A DNA stretch of 64,000 bases from Narcine bancroftii (GCF_036971445.1 NC_091469.1:189596001-189660000); one strand, 5' to 3'; shown: positions 48,760-61,539, numbered from the stretch's first letter. Notes: a model not told the origin generated them from the letters alone. Numbers and translations are program-made.

Positions 48760-50020
48760 AGCAGGAGGTAACCTTTAGGGACCCCGGGGTCGGATTATAC
48801 AATCCCTGGGTGGACCGATGACCGTCAGGGGATCAGCTATTTGGTGGCGTGGCTGGCAAGCCATGCCATGCCAGTCATTTGGGTTGGCAGTTTGGACCCC
48901 CCACAAACAGAAGATAGGGCACCATGTGGTCTCCAACCTGGAGTTACTGCGATTTTCCAAGGTCGGGGTGGTGGGGGGGGGGGGGTGGGGGGGGAGTCGC
49001 CCTATGGTTATTGATATCCCTATTTAGGCGCCAGTGGGATATCACATCTGAGTTCAGTAGTCAGGGAACCCAAAAAGATAGGGAAATAGAATCCCTGCAA
49101 CATGTGTGTTGGGAACTGCAAGAGGCAGTGTAGACTGCCCAAGGACAAGTGACCAACTTAGAATTCAAAATCATGGAGGCAGCTTCCAAGCTGATTGAAA
49201 CACTGCAGCTGCAAGCAGCTCAGAGCTCTGGCTCGCAGCTTGACTCAGGAAATGTCCGAGCCATTGTCGACATGTGGTGGGGGATGGGTATGCATGGATG
49301 GTGATTACCCTGAGGAAACTGAGTCCCATGACACTCTTCCTCCTCCCTGTGTGCCCAAGCCTTTACAAGCCCAACCAGTTTCCATGCGTTCCCAGGTCTG
49401 CAATGAGGACACCCTGCCAACTGTCCAAAGCAAGGAGGTAGGAGAAAACGGACTTTGGCTGGGCACAAAGATGATCATTGTGAGATGATGGAGTCCCAGG
49501 ACTACTCTGCTGAGGGGCGAACCAGGCAAGGAGACCAATATCACCATGGGCCAGACGAACACTTAGCCATGCCACTGTTTCAGTTGGGAGATGAGGGAGC
49601 TCCCAATTTCTTTCTCTCTCATCAGGAAATGAGGACCCTGGGTCATCTGTCTGACCAGCAGATGATTGCCAACACCTTGAGGGCGCCGCCAGAAGGCACC
49701 ACCCTCTGGAGATGGGTGATGACAGTGGTCTGGGCCAGGTTCCCTGCCCTCCCTGAAAAAGGCCAACATGGCCAGTCACAGTGGCACACCATTGGTGTGG
49801 GGACAAGGATTGTTAGGGAGTGGGCACTAATCATGGGAATCAATTGGGGGTACCCATGTGCCTTGATGGGCTATTTAGTCACCGCCGCACTGTCCGACCA
49901 TAGAGGACTGGTCTTGCCCCTCACGGGATTGGCGGTCTGGGAAACCATTACCCTCCTGGAGGGATTGGAGTACACAGAGCGGTGAACTCCCACTCAAGTT
50001 ATCAGAGCTGAGGGGAAGTT
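48760..50020 (+). pseudogene. gag: Decayed gag resembling class III (ERV-L/Fv1-like) retroviral Gag
   Basis: ORF 49455-49985: LFQLGDEGA..EMRTLGHLS..TLWRWVMTVVWARFP..WHTIGVGTRIVREWAL. This parallels the recalled ERV-L Gag pattern LxxWDNGx..ExxxLGxLS..SLxxWLxxxxxxRxP..WxTxExGIxxLRE. Lies directly downstream of LTR+PBS. Confidence 0.65.
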
Positions 50021-50039
50021 CGTTGAGTTGGAAGCAACG

Positions 50040-50977
50040 TCTTCTCCTCGCTGATTATCAACACAGGCTCATCCCAAGGATACGTGCATTGCCCACTGCT
50101 CTGCTCTTTACACACCCTCAACTGTGTGGCCAGGCACAATTCCAATGTTATCTGCAAGTTTGCTGATGACACCACAGTTGTCGGCAGAATCGTAAATGGC
50201 ACTGAGGAAGCCTACAGGAGGGAGATAGACCAGCTCTTTGAGTGGTGTAACAACAACAACCTTATGCTTAACTTTAGCAAAACCAAAGAGATGATTGTGG
50301 ACTTCGGGAGAGAGTCAGGGGAACACAACCCAGTCTTCATTGAGGGCTCAGTAGTGGGGAGGGTCAAGAACTTTAAATTCCTGGGGTATCAAAATCTCTG
50401 AGGATCTGTCCTGGAGTTTCCAGGTTGATGCAATTCAGCGGCTATACTTCGTGAGGTGTTTTAGCAGATTCAGTATGTCACCGAAGACTCTCGAAAACTT
50501 CTACAGCTGTACCATGGAAAGCATTCTGGCTGGTGGCATCACCGCCTGGTATGGAGGCGTCAACTCTCAGAACAAGAATCAACTCCAGAGGGTTGTTAAC
50601 TCGGCCTGCGACATCACAGGCACCAGACTTCACTTCATCGAGGAGATCTACAAGAGGTGGTGTCTTAAAAAGGCATCCTCTATCCTCAAATACTCCCCAC
50701 CACCCAGGCCATGCCCTCCTCACTCTGCTAGCAATGGGAAGGAGATACGGGAGCCTAAAGACGAGCACTCAGTGGCACAAGGACAGCTTCTTCCCCACTG
50801 CCATCAGATTCCTGAATAATCAATGAACCAAAGACTTGCCTTACTTTTCGTGCACGACTATTTTTTTTATTGTATTAGTGTTGTAAGACGGTTCATAATA
50901 TGAACATTACGCACTGTAACGCTGCCACAAAATACAGAATTCCATGACTTGTTCTTGACAATAAATTCTGATTCTGA
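50040..50977 (+). mobile_element. Rex1/Babar LINE, 5'-truncated
   Basis: ICKFADDTTVVG, YRREIDQLFEWC, KTKEMIVDF, SFFPTAIRFLN. Tail AATAAATTCTGATTCTGA. Confidence 0.9.
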
Positions 50978-51149
50978 CGTTCGGCGACGTCACCCTGTTG
51001 ATGTCTCATAGAGACGTGCGCTCTCTGGAGAGAGCATTGCTGGGGGAAGCCCCATAGATGTGGGGCTTCCCATGCACTGCCCACTCTGACCTAGACCAGC
51101 TTCCTCTCTGGTCCTCTGCCACCAGAGGTGGCCCCTGATCCTCTAGCCC

Positions 51150-51750
51150 CTGACATCTATCTTTTGAGCTTTCCCAACCCACCCCCCCCTTTAGTGTGCC
51201 AATGTCCCTGTAACTCTTGTTTATCACCCCCTCTGCCTCCCAAATGATCCAGAGTCCATCCAACTCCGGCTCCATTTCCTTAACTTGGCTTGTCAGGAGC
51301 TGCGCTGCACTTCTCACAGATGAAGATGTCGGGGATACTGCTGGCTTCCCTGATGACCCGCATTCTGCAAGAGGAGCATTCCCTTGCCTTGGCTGCCATT
51401 CCCACTGTTTCGAACTAGAGGAAAAATATGCATATCTAAAACCTGCCCCTACCTGCTGAATCCCTTTTGGTTCATGGAATAGGGTGGCCCTTTCTTACTT
51501 CAACTCCTACTATCTCTCACCTCTTTCCTGTCCCCGCTGAAGCCTGTTCAGCCAAAGCCTTGCCACTCTGAATCAGACCACTCCAGCGATGACTGCTCTG
51601 CTACACAGTCCCTCACTTTTATAGTGATTCTCAGCTTCTTCCTCCAATCAGCTTCTAGCTGTTGCCTCGGCCCTTTTGAAATTCTAACTGCTGCTGTTCC
51701 TCAGATCACCTGACCTCTCTTGCTCCAATCAGCTTTTTCCTCCAAAATGA
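51150..51750 (-). mobile_element. CR1 5' region / ORF1 remnant
   Basis: ORF 51006-51317 QLLTSQVKEMEPELDGLWIIWEAEGVINKSYRDI resembles the CR1 ORF1 coiled-coil region. CCAATCAG repeats and TATAAAA upstream on the minus strand. Confidence 0.6.
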
Positions 51751-52257
51751 ATGTTTCTGACTAATCAAAAATTTTGCTGCCAGTTCTCAGTAATGGAATC
51801 ATTTCACAAGGCCGTAATGCCTGAAATGGGCAGATAACTATAAGATATAGTCTGAGCAATTGGCTTTAAAGAATTTCTTCAGGGAAGGAAGAGAAAATAG
51901 AGATAGAGCCCGAAAAGCAAAACAGCAGATGTTGGAAGTCTGAAACATAAACAGAAGGTATTCCACATGTCAGGCAGCATCTGTGGAGAGAGAAAAACAC
52001 AGTCAATATTTCAGGGTAAAGAGTTTTCATCCAAACTGGCTGGCCTGCTAAATATTTCTAACACTTTCTGCTTTTATTAAAGGGCCAGAGAGATTTGTTG
52101 AGGAAATCCCACAGTTCAGGGCCAAGCAACTCAAGGCATAAGGCAACAGTAATGGAGCGATGAAAATCAGGGATACACAGAAGAACAGAAATGGAGCTGT
52201 GCAGAGATCACAGTTGGAGGTGACAGGGAGGAGAGACAATGGAGAACTCTGAAATTG

Positions 52258-52490
52258 TTGGTGCAGAGGTTAGTACAATGCTATTACAGTGCCGCCTGGG
52301 TTAGAATCCGCCACTGACTGTAAGGAATTTGTATGATCTTCCTGTGACCTGCGTGGGCTTTTTCCAGGTGCTCTGATTTCCTTCCACTCTCTAAAATGTA
52401 CAGGGTCGTATGTTAATTGGATGTAATTGTGCCACACGGGTTTCATGAGCCAAAATAGCCTCTACCATGCTGAACATTAAAGTTAAAAAA
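52258..52490 (+). mobile_element. V-SINE (HE1-like)
   Basis: Collinear with 47025-47262: GGTTAG...GGGTTAGAATCC...TGTAAGGAATTTGTATG...GCGTGGG. Confidence 0.8.
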
Positions 52491-52735
52491 AATTAAAAAG
52501 GGGATGTAACCTTTGAATACTTTTATTGTCTCACGATTGTATCATTTTACCCTAACTGAACGCACAGGGAACGTGGCAGGAAATGTGTACTAGGTTATGG
52601 AATGGCAATAGGAGATCGTTTATTGCAACTTCTGTTAAGAGAGTGTTCTTTGCACCAGCCACTGGAGGGTGGTATTGAGCATAGAGTCTCAACAATCTTG
52701 CCTGACTAAAAAGTCAAAAAAGAATTTGTTAAATA

Positions 52736-53434
52736 CAGTAAAACCCCTGGTATCTGGTATCTACAGGATTGGTAGATGCCGGATAAACATGCTTTTCAAT
52801 TACTTGAGACTTTCTCTTCAAACGCCTAATATGCAGGAAGAATAAACAGTTTAAAAGGCAAAAATATGATACTGTACTTTCACTGAACAATCTTCACTTG
52901 TATGAATATATAAACCTTAAAGCATTTTACTTTATTTTTAGTCACATTCTTTGAAAACATTTAGCCGTTGCTGCATCTTCAGGTTGCTCTCCTTTCATGA
53001 AGCTACCGGAGTAATGAAAAATAACATTGTAGATAATTAGCCTCCCCCACCCCAAGTTTACAGATACAGCTATACTCATACACTTAATAATATACTAATA
53101 AAGATAAAAATTCTTACCAAACAGGGATAAGGAGGCACTTTAAGAAAGTTGCCCCAACAGCGAGCAGCATCAATCAGTTCTTCATCCTGGGCAATGCCAT
53201 TTTATTCAAACACAACTTTATTCAAACAGCTGTGCTACGAGCAAAGCACGAACAAGGCACTCTCCTTGCTGAATATTTGCTCCCATCTTCATCGAAGGTT
53301 TTTGTGTTAATTCAAAGAACATTTACTTTTACAATTTTATACTTTTATTTCAATTTTTATTTATTCTTATTTATTGAAATCATTATTTATTTATTTTCCA
53401 GTGGCTTGAATTCTGGATAACAATAGTTTTACTG
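52736..53434. mobile_element. Tc1/mariner (pogo/Tigger-like) non-autonomous element
   Basis: TIRs CAGTAAAAC...TATC / GATAAC...GTTTTACTG, flanked by TA on both sides (52734-35, 53435-36). Confidence 0.85.
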
Positions 53435-53670
53435 TACTTCATTTATTTCCTTCCTCTCTATATTTTTCTCAGGCTGGTCAACCATTTCTCAGCCCACAAA
53501 AGAGATAATCCTCATAATTTTAGTTAGATCCTGGAATGTTGGGTCTTCTGAGGTTCTTCATGCACAGGTTGAAGAAGGTAATGATTCACCATCAGATTCA
53601 GCAATGAGTAATTAATTATGGACTTCAGTGAGATCTATATCAATCAGTACAGAAAATAATTAATATAGCC

Positions 53671-53939
53671 TGTAGTAGCATGTGTGCTACTGCAAAGTTT
53701 GAAAAGAATGACACATACCCAAGAAGTCGAAGTCTGATTTATTGCACTGGCAGCTCTGCCTATATTCTCTCCCCGCTGCTGACAGGAGTGATGTCACAGC
53801 AGCACCAGCCTCGGATTGGTCAGCATTCCCACCATTGCTTATTGTTTCCCATGCAGGTTGTCACCTGGGATGAAGGTCGTTGGCCCCCACAGGGTCTGCA
53901 CAGTTGCCACATTTGCATCCTAGTTAGCAGGCTGCTACA
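53671..53939 (-). repeat. Gypsy 3' LTR
   Basis: TGTAG...CTACA. Adjacent C-rich run 53944-53978 is the polypurine tract on the minus strand. Confidence 0.88.
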
Positions 53940-56900
53940 TGACCTTCCCCCCGCCACCCCCCACCCCCCGCCCACCCCCAGCACTGGTAATCGGAATGCT
54001 GTCCGCCGCTTTCAGTGGCTTACCTCTGTGTTGCGGAGGCTGAGTGGAGATCAGTTGGCTAATGTCCAGATTTGCTGGCGGTCTTCGGTGAAAGTCTCTT
54101 CCTTACTGCTGATATCCAGCACACATGTTGTCCTGTTGTGTCTGACTACTTTGTATGGCCCCTCGTACGGCCATTGCAGAGGTGTCCAGTGTGCTCATCT
54201 CTGTACAAAATGGTACTCACAAGTTTCTAAATCTCTGGGAACATAGGACTTGGCCTGGCTGTGCTGCAGAGGCTGTGGAGGGGCCAGAGTACCTAGCCTT
54301 TCCCTCAGCTTTGTCAATGAGGCTTTCAGGTCCTCTGGGTCTTTGGTGGCAGTCTAGTACTCCCCTGGTATCACCAACGGCACACCATTCACCATCTCGG
54401 CTGAAATAGTCTTTTAGTGTGGTGCAAATCCCCAGGAGGACCCAGGGTAGCTCATCCACCCAGTTCAGCCCCTTGAGCCAAGCCATCAAGGCAACATTTA
54501 GGTGCCTGTGGAAATGCTCCACTAACCCGTTGACCTGAGGGTGATAAGCTGTGATGTGGTGGGGCTAGGTTCCCAGCAAGTTGGCCAGCACTGTGTACCT
54601 CTGTTGGAAGACATATGCTCTGGGACTCTGACCTTGACACCCAGGTGTTAATCAGTGCCCTGGTGCAGGTCTCGGTGGTTGTATCAGACAGCAGGACTTT
54701 GTCCGGCCACCTCATGGATCAGTCAATCATGGTGAGGAGATATCTCGCCCTGTGGAAGACTGGTAGTGCCTCAACAATGTCAATATGGACAGGGCTGAAC
54801 CTACATCACGCTGGCTTAAACGTCCGGGGGGGAAGGGTGGGTATCTTGACTTGTATCTGCACTTTGGACATCTGGCAGAGCTTGCAGGTCTTGGCCTACT
54901 GACTGACCTGTTTCCAAAGGCTGTGCCAGATGAACCTACTGGCCACTATTTTGACAGAAGTTCTGATGGTTGGGTGTGCCACCGCGTTAAAAACCTGGTG
55001 TTTCCATGCTTCTGGCATGATGGAGCAGGGTTTGTTAGTGGAGACATCACAGAGCAGCATCTGGTTACCAGAGCCAATGACATCGCCTTCCAGCCTGAAC
55101 CCAGAAATTGCCGTCCTGTATACCAGGATCTCAGGGTCTTCTAGCTGTGCCTTGGCTAAGGCTGTATATTCTATTCCCTGGGACAGGGCCTGGATGGACT
55201 CAATCAGGGGGTGGGACAGTGCGTCGCCCACCACATTGATTTCACCCACAATGTGTTGGATGTCCATGGTGAACTCAGACACATATGAGAGGTGTCACTG
55301 CTACCCAGCCAACCACAGGTCCCGACATTTTGAGGAAGGCAAAGGTTTATGGCCAGTGAAGAACCTGAATTGTCTACCTTCCAAAAACTACATCAAGTGC
55401 CTGACTGCCAGATACAGTGCCAATAGTTCACGGACAAAGGCACTGAATTTGAGTTTGGGTGGCTGGAGGTGTCTGCTAAAGAAGGCCAGGGACTGCCATT
55501 GCCCTTCAATAAATTGCTCCAGTACGCCTCTTACCACTGTGCTGGAGGCATCTACTGTGAAAGTGGTTGGCGGCTCTGGCTTAGGGAGTACCAGAAGGGT
55601 GACAATGGCCAGTGTGTCCTTAGCTTTCTGGAATGCCGTCAGAGCCTTATTGTCCCAGGTAATGTCTTAACCTTTCCCTGCCATGAGTGCAAACAGGGGG
55701 CACATAATGTGGGCCACTGCCTGTATGAAACAGTGATAAAAATTAATCATACTGGCGAATTTTTGCAGCTCCTTCACTGTCTGGGGCTTGGCGAAGTGCT
55801 GAACAGCCTCTACATTTTCGGGCAGCGGTTTCACTCTGTGCCTGTTGATTTGGTCCCCAGGTAATCGATCATTTCCAGTCCAAACTGGCACTTAGCAGGG
55901 TTTATAGTTAGTTTGAGTTCCTGTAGCCGGGTGCACAGTTGTCTTAGATGGGCCGTGTGCTCTGTGTGATTGCGACAAGCGATGAGAATATCATCCAAAT
56001 AGATGAATGCAAATGTGAGATCCTGGCCAACTGCATCCATCAGCCTCTGGAAGGGCTAGGCTGCATTTTTAAGTCCAAAGGCATTCTCAGGAACTTGAAA
56101 AGTCCAAAAGGGGTAATGATGACTGTTTTAGGGATGTAATTGGAATGAACTGAGATCTGATGATAGCCCCTAATGAGATCAACTTTTGATCATGGCCTTT
56201 GTAAGTTAACAGAAAAGTCTTGGATATGGGGCACAGGGTATCTGCCCAGTGTGGTGGCCCCATTGAGGTGACGATAGTTACCACATGGCCTCCACCCTCC
56301 TGCTGCTTTTGGTACCATGTACAGGGGGGAGGCCCAGGGGCTGTCAGATGCAGCACTATCCGTAGGTCTTCCATTTTTTAAGACTCATCCTTGGCGAGGG
56401 TGAGCTTCTTGGGGTGGGGGGGGAAGAAGGCAGTGCGCCCTGACGTGGAGCAGGGGCTCACAATGAGAATGTGGTGCCTTACCCTGTATTTTGGTTTGGC
56501 TGAGGAAAACTGTGGCGCCACAATTGAAAGGAACTCTGCCAGGATCCACAAGAATACATTTCGGACAAAGTAACGGAGTTGAGGTGGGGGACAGTAACTT
56601 GTCTTCCCTCAGGGCCATTGTTTGAAAACTCCTGACATGCACCAAACTCTGCCCTTTAAAATCCACCAGCAGGCAGTGGGCTTGCAGGAAGTCTGCTCCC
56701 AGGAGTGGTTGCGCCACTGCCGTAATTATGAATGCCCATGTGAACTGATTGCGGCCAAAAGGAGAGGGACGGTGCGGGTGCCAAAAGTTTTTATGGTGGT
56801 ACTGTTAGCAGCCCTCAGTGACTGGCCCAGCTTGCTGTTCTGGGTGTCATAGTCCAAGGGGGGCGGCAGGGTGCGGAAAGGACGCTTATTTCAGCACCAG

Positions 56901-57644
56901 TGTCAATAAGGAAGTGCCTTCCGGACAGAGAGCCCCACACTTGGAGGAGGCTGTCACATTGGCCAACCACCGCAGCCATTAATGACCATTGGCCATGGAG
57001 TTTCCCTGAAATGTGCAGGGTGTGCAGCATCGACGGGTCCCCACACCTCATCGATGGTGATAGTACTAGTGCTGGTGGGTAGGGGGGGTCCACTGCTTGC
57101 TGTAGTCTTGTCGCTGGTTGTGTGCGGGGCCTAGTGATCTGCTCCACCAAGGTGCCATTTTCTTCCTTTGATCTCCAGAGCTCATCCGCCTGGGCTGAAA
57201 CTTACCTGAGGTCATTGAAGTCCTCACCAGCAAGCAAGAGTCAAAAATCGTCCGGTAGCTGTTCCAGCAAAATCTGCTCAAAGAGCAGATAAGGCCTGTG
57301 TCCCTCAGCAAGGGCGAGCATCTCACTCATGAGGGCGGATGGGATCCTGTCCCCCAACCTGTCCATATGGAACAATCAGGTGGTGTGCTCGCGCTGTGAG
57401 GGAGCTATTTGCCTTACTCTGGAGACTGCCACAGGAAATCGATGACTCTTGCTGCCATGTCCTGGTCGAGTGAGATCACCACATAGTAGTAGCATGTGGC
57501 ATCAGCGGTGATCTGTTGGAGGTGGAACTGTGTCTTGGCCTGTTTGAACCACACATGTGGCTGTGACACACAGAACATTGACAGCTTCAATGAAACCAGG
57601 TGAAGAGTTGTTTGGTCCATCATTTTCAGGTCCAACAGGTGGTT

Positions 57645-57663
57645 GGATCTGCCGTGGTCACCA
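57645..57663 (-). promoter_or_regulatory. Gypsy primer-binding site
   Basis: Minus strand reads TGGTGACCACGGCAGATCC, 1 bp after the 5' LTR. Confidence 0.7.
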
Positions 57664-57664
57664 A

Positions 57665-57965
57665 TGTAGCAGACGCGCTACCGCAAAGTGTGGAAAGAAT
57701 GACAAACACCCAAGATGTGAATTCAAAGACTGACTTATTGCACTGGCTGCTCTACATGTATTCTCTCCCCACTGCCGTTAACAGGAGTGACATCACAGCA
57801 GTGCTGGCCTCGGATTGGTTGGCGTTCCCATTATTGATCATTATTTTCCGCTGTTCGGATTGTCAACTGGGATGAATGTCATTGACCCCCACGGGGTCTG
57901 CGCGGTCGCCACGTTCATCAGCCATCTTGTGTATCGGGTCCCGTCCCGGTTAGCGGGCTGCCACA
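57665..57965 (-). repeat. Gypsy 5' LTR
   Basis: TGTAG...CCACA, alignable to 53671-53939 along its length. Confidence 0.88.
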
Positions 57966-59274
57966 TACTATTAATTTTGATCTTATACAGAAATGACATC
58001 TGAAATCATTTAATCTCCAGACACTCTGCTGAGTACAAGTTGGGTATTTCTGCATTTAGTGCCCCACCTATTCTGGGTCCTGAACATGTGCAGTTACTCT
58101 TGCACTCAACTTGTGCATCTTAATTTCAACAGTTCAAACAAGGCTTCTTCACACAAGCCCCTATCAAGGTTAAAAAGTAGCACTAAGACTACAAATAGCA
58201 TCCAAATAAAATGCTCAGACCTATCAAACTGCACAAACCCAAGTTATCCTGCATCCCTCTGCTTTGAACGCCATTTAAATAAAGCAGAGTACTGTACCTC
58301 TAAACATGAGCCGAGATCCATGCTGTGCACCCAACAACCATGACCTGGTCTCATGTCAGAAAGCTCACACATCAAATTTCAAACACACCTCCTCAAAGTC
58401 TGCCTATGTGCCACTGTTGTTAAGAAGGTAATACAAGGTGGGTCCTGGGTGAGGTCAGTGTGAAAAATCCATGCTCAAAAGAAGCAACAAGTGCAGACTA
58501 ATAAAAAACCTCAGAGAATACTGAAAATGTTCAGTTATTCAGGCAGTAACTAAGGAAAGGGAAGCCAAGTAAATATTTTAGGTCAATTACCTCTGATTAT
58601 AACAGACTGAATGAAATTGACTCTCAGTAACATTTCCATCTAATTTTTTACTTTTCAATCCATTTTTGATTTGTGTGCATTAGTGATAGGCATTTATCTT
58701 CCATCCCTAGTTGTCCTTGAAAGGGTGATGGTGTGTCTTTTTTCTATTGTTCAGCCTGTTAGATAGGTACTTCCTCAGCTGCCTGGTTGTAAATGACATG
58801 GGTTTTCAGGGAAAAGATGCTGAAAGAAATAGTCTCTTGCATTTATGAACACCTTTCAGATATTTAAGACATTTTTTCTTTCAGGTAATCATTGTTCTTA
58901 TGTGCGAATATGCAACGTTAATGTGACTTAGGACAAAGCTTAAACCCACAAGCTTGTGGGTCAGCGGTGATGGTGCCAATGGTAGACCTAGACTTTAGTC
59001 TACCCGGAGAGTACTTCAACTCAGCTGAACAGAAAAGTTAAAAGGAGCCAGATGAGACATTTAAATAGGGACTTGTCTGCCATCTTGACTGGGTTATAAC
59101 ATCCCAATATTTTGAGGAAGAGCCAGTGTTGTGATCAATATTTAACCCACAGACAGTATTGCTAAAGCAAGTTATTTGGTTGAGATATGATAGATGTTGT
59201 GAGATCTTGCTAAGCTGAAGTAATACCCTCATGACAATGTACAATGCACGTATAAAGTTCTCCAGTAGCTGTTG

Positions 59275-60602
59275 CGACACCGTGAGTAGGAAAGGGCTTT
59301 GGCAAATACTAGAGCACCTCGGATGCCCCCCAAAGTTCCTCAACATGGTTATCCAACTGCACGAAAAACAACAAGGTCGGGTCAGATACAGCAATGAGCT
59401 CCACTGAACCCTTCTCCATTAACAATGGTGTGAAGCAAGGCTGCGTTCTCGCACCAACCCTCTTTTCAATCTTCTTCAGCATGATGCTGAAACAAGCCAT
59501 GAAAGACCTCAACAATGAAGACGCTGTTTACATCCGGTACCGCACCGATGACAGTCTCTTCAATCTGAGGCGCCTGCAAGCTCACACCAAGACACAAGAG
59601 CAACTTGTCCGTGAACTACTCTTTGCAGACGATGCCGCTTTAGTTGCCCTTTCAGTGCCAGCTCTTCAGCGCTTGACGTCGTGTTTTGCGGAAACTGCCA
59701 AAATGTTTGGCCTGGAAGTCAGCCTGAAGAAAACTGAGGTCCTCCATCAGCCAGCTCCCCACCATGACTACCAGCCCCCCTACATCTCCATCGGGCACAC
59801 AAAACTCAAAACGGTCAACCAGTTTACCTATCTCAGCTGCACCATTTCATCGGATGCAAGGATCAACAACGAGATAGACAACAGACTCGCCAAAGCAAAT
59901 AGCGCCTTTGGAAGACTACAGAAAAGAGTCTGGAAAAACAACCAACTGAAAAACCTCACAAAGATTAGCGTATACAGAGCCGTTGTCATACCCACACTCC
60001 TGTTTGGCTCCGAATCATGGGTCCTCTACCGGCATTACCTACGGCTGCTAGAAGGCTTCCACCAGCGCTGTCTCCGCTCCATCCTCAACATTAATTGGAG
60101 TGACTTCATCTCCAACATCGAAGTACTCAAGATGGCAGAGGCCGACAGCATCGAATACTGCTGAAGATCCAACTGCGCTGGGTAGGTCACGTCTCCAGAA
60201 TGGAGGACCATCGCCTTCCCAAGATCATGTTCTATGGCGAGCTCTCCACTGGCCACCGAGACAGAGGTGCACCAAAGAAGAGGTACAAGTATTGCCTAAA
60301 GAAAGCTCTTGGTGCCTGCCACATTGACCAGTGGGCTGATATCGCTTCAAACCGTGCATCTTGGCGCCTCACAGTTCGGCGGGCAGCAACCTCCTTTGAA
60401 GAAGACCGCAGAGCCCACCTCACTGACAAAAGACAAAGGAGGAAAAACCCAACACCCAACCCCAACCAACCAATTTTCCCTTGCAACCGCTGCAACCGTG
60501 TCTGCCTGTCCCGCATCGGACTTGTCAGCCACAAACGAGCCTGTAGCTGACGTGGACATTACCCCTCCATAAATCTTCGTCCGCGAAGCCAAGCCAAAGA
60601 AA
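59275..60602 (+). mobile_element. RTE-clade LINE, 5'-truncated copy 4 (longest, frameshifted)
   Basis: DTVSRKGLW, GVKQGCVLAPTLF, LLFADD (59394-60164) and C-terminus 60200-60550. Same 3' UTR. Confidence 0.95.
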
Positions 60603-61539
60603 TAAAATTCATGATATACATGAAAAGGAAAGGTAGCTCTTTCCTTTTTTTTTAAACTTTCCTCCCCTCATTCCATTCTCTCTTTGTTACTTTGCTTTCC
60701 AGTTGAAATATTGCATTTGTCTGGATTTTGCCCCAGTGTTTGTGTGGTCTCCCAAGCTGAGATAAATCATCAGCTGAAGCAAGGTGTCAAGCAACCTTTT
60801 TCCATTCCTTACATCAGCACAGTCTTACAACATTTCTGAGTGTGCTGTATCTGTCATTTATCATTGCACAGTCCCAGAATTATTCCAGTGTTGATTAAAT
60901 TAGTAGAAGCAATCAAAATCTCAGGCTAGTTAATTGAGAAGATGTATTTAGGGCTTGACGTTTTAACACATGGTTGATTAAGTGTTATAAGGTTTGTTTT
61001 TGATTTTGCATAATTTAACTTTAAATCCTGTCGGTAGAGCCAATCAGGGCATTTAACGACAGGCGAAAACCCTTTTAATATGCACACATCTCTGATTTAT
61101 TTTGTCGTGTAATGTCCTTTTGTTTATTTTTATTCCTTATTTTATTAGTATTTGCGTTTGTGCCAGTGACAAATTTCCTCACGCCAATATTTCATGCTCA
61201 TGCAATCATTTAATAAATCTTTCAAAGTGGTGATAACTCATTTAAATTGTAAAAAACAAGCAACAATTGACCATCCACATCACAAGCAGAGTAACAAAGC
61301 TATTCCTTATTTTCTCTGGGGTCTTTATTAAACACCAGTCAATGGATCTGAATTAACATGTAGACAATGTGTTGAAGCTGGCAAGTGAAATTGGACAAAC
61401 AGCATAGTTAATTAATAGTTAAGAGTGAATTGGTACTAAATTTAAAAAAACAAATAAATTAAGTTTTAAACTAAATATTTTTCCCATGCAACCTGGAACA
61501 TGACAGTCTTGCAGAGAAGAACATAAAACATTGGTGGTG

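Larger units (their letters stand above)
53671..57965 (-). mobile_element. Ty3/Gypsy LTR retrotransposon, near full length, decayed
   Basis: gag (PHVWFKQAKTQF, 57414-57635), protease (FLIDTGAEIS; LLGADFL), RT (FIYLDDILI), RNase H region, integrase (EHFHRHL..WVDELPWVLLGI) in Gypsy order. Two related LTRs, PBS and PPT. Confidence 0.95.

Noticed and set aside
53680-55864. Long plus-strand ORFs (188, 246, 131 aa)
   Set aside because: Antisense shadows of the Gypsy LTR/pol. The alternate-frame and antisense ORFs over the RTE copies were rejected for the same reason.
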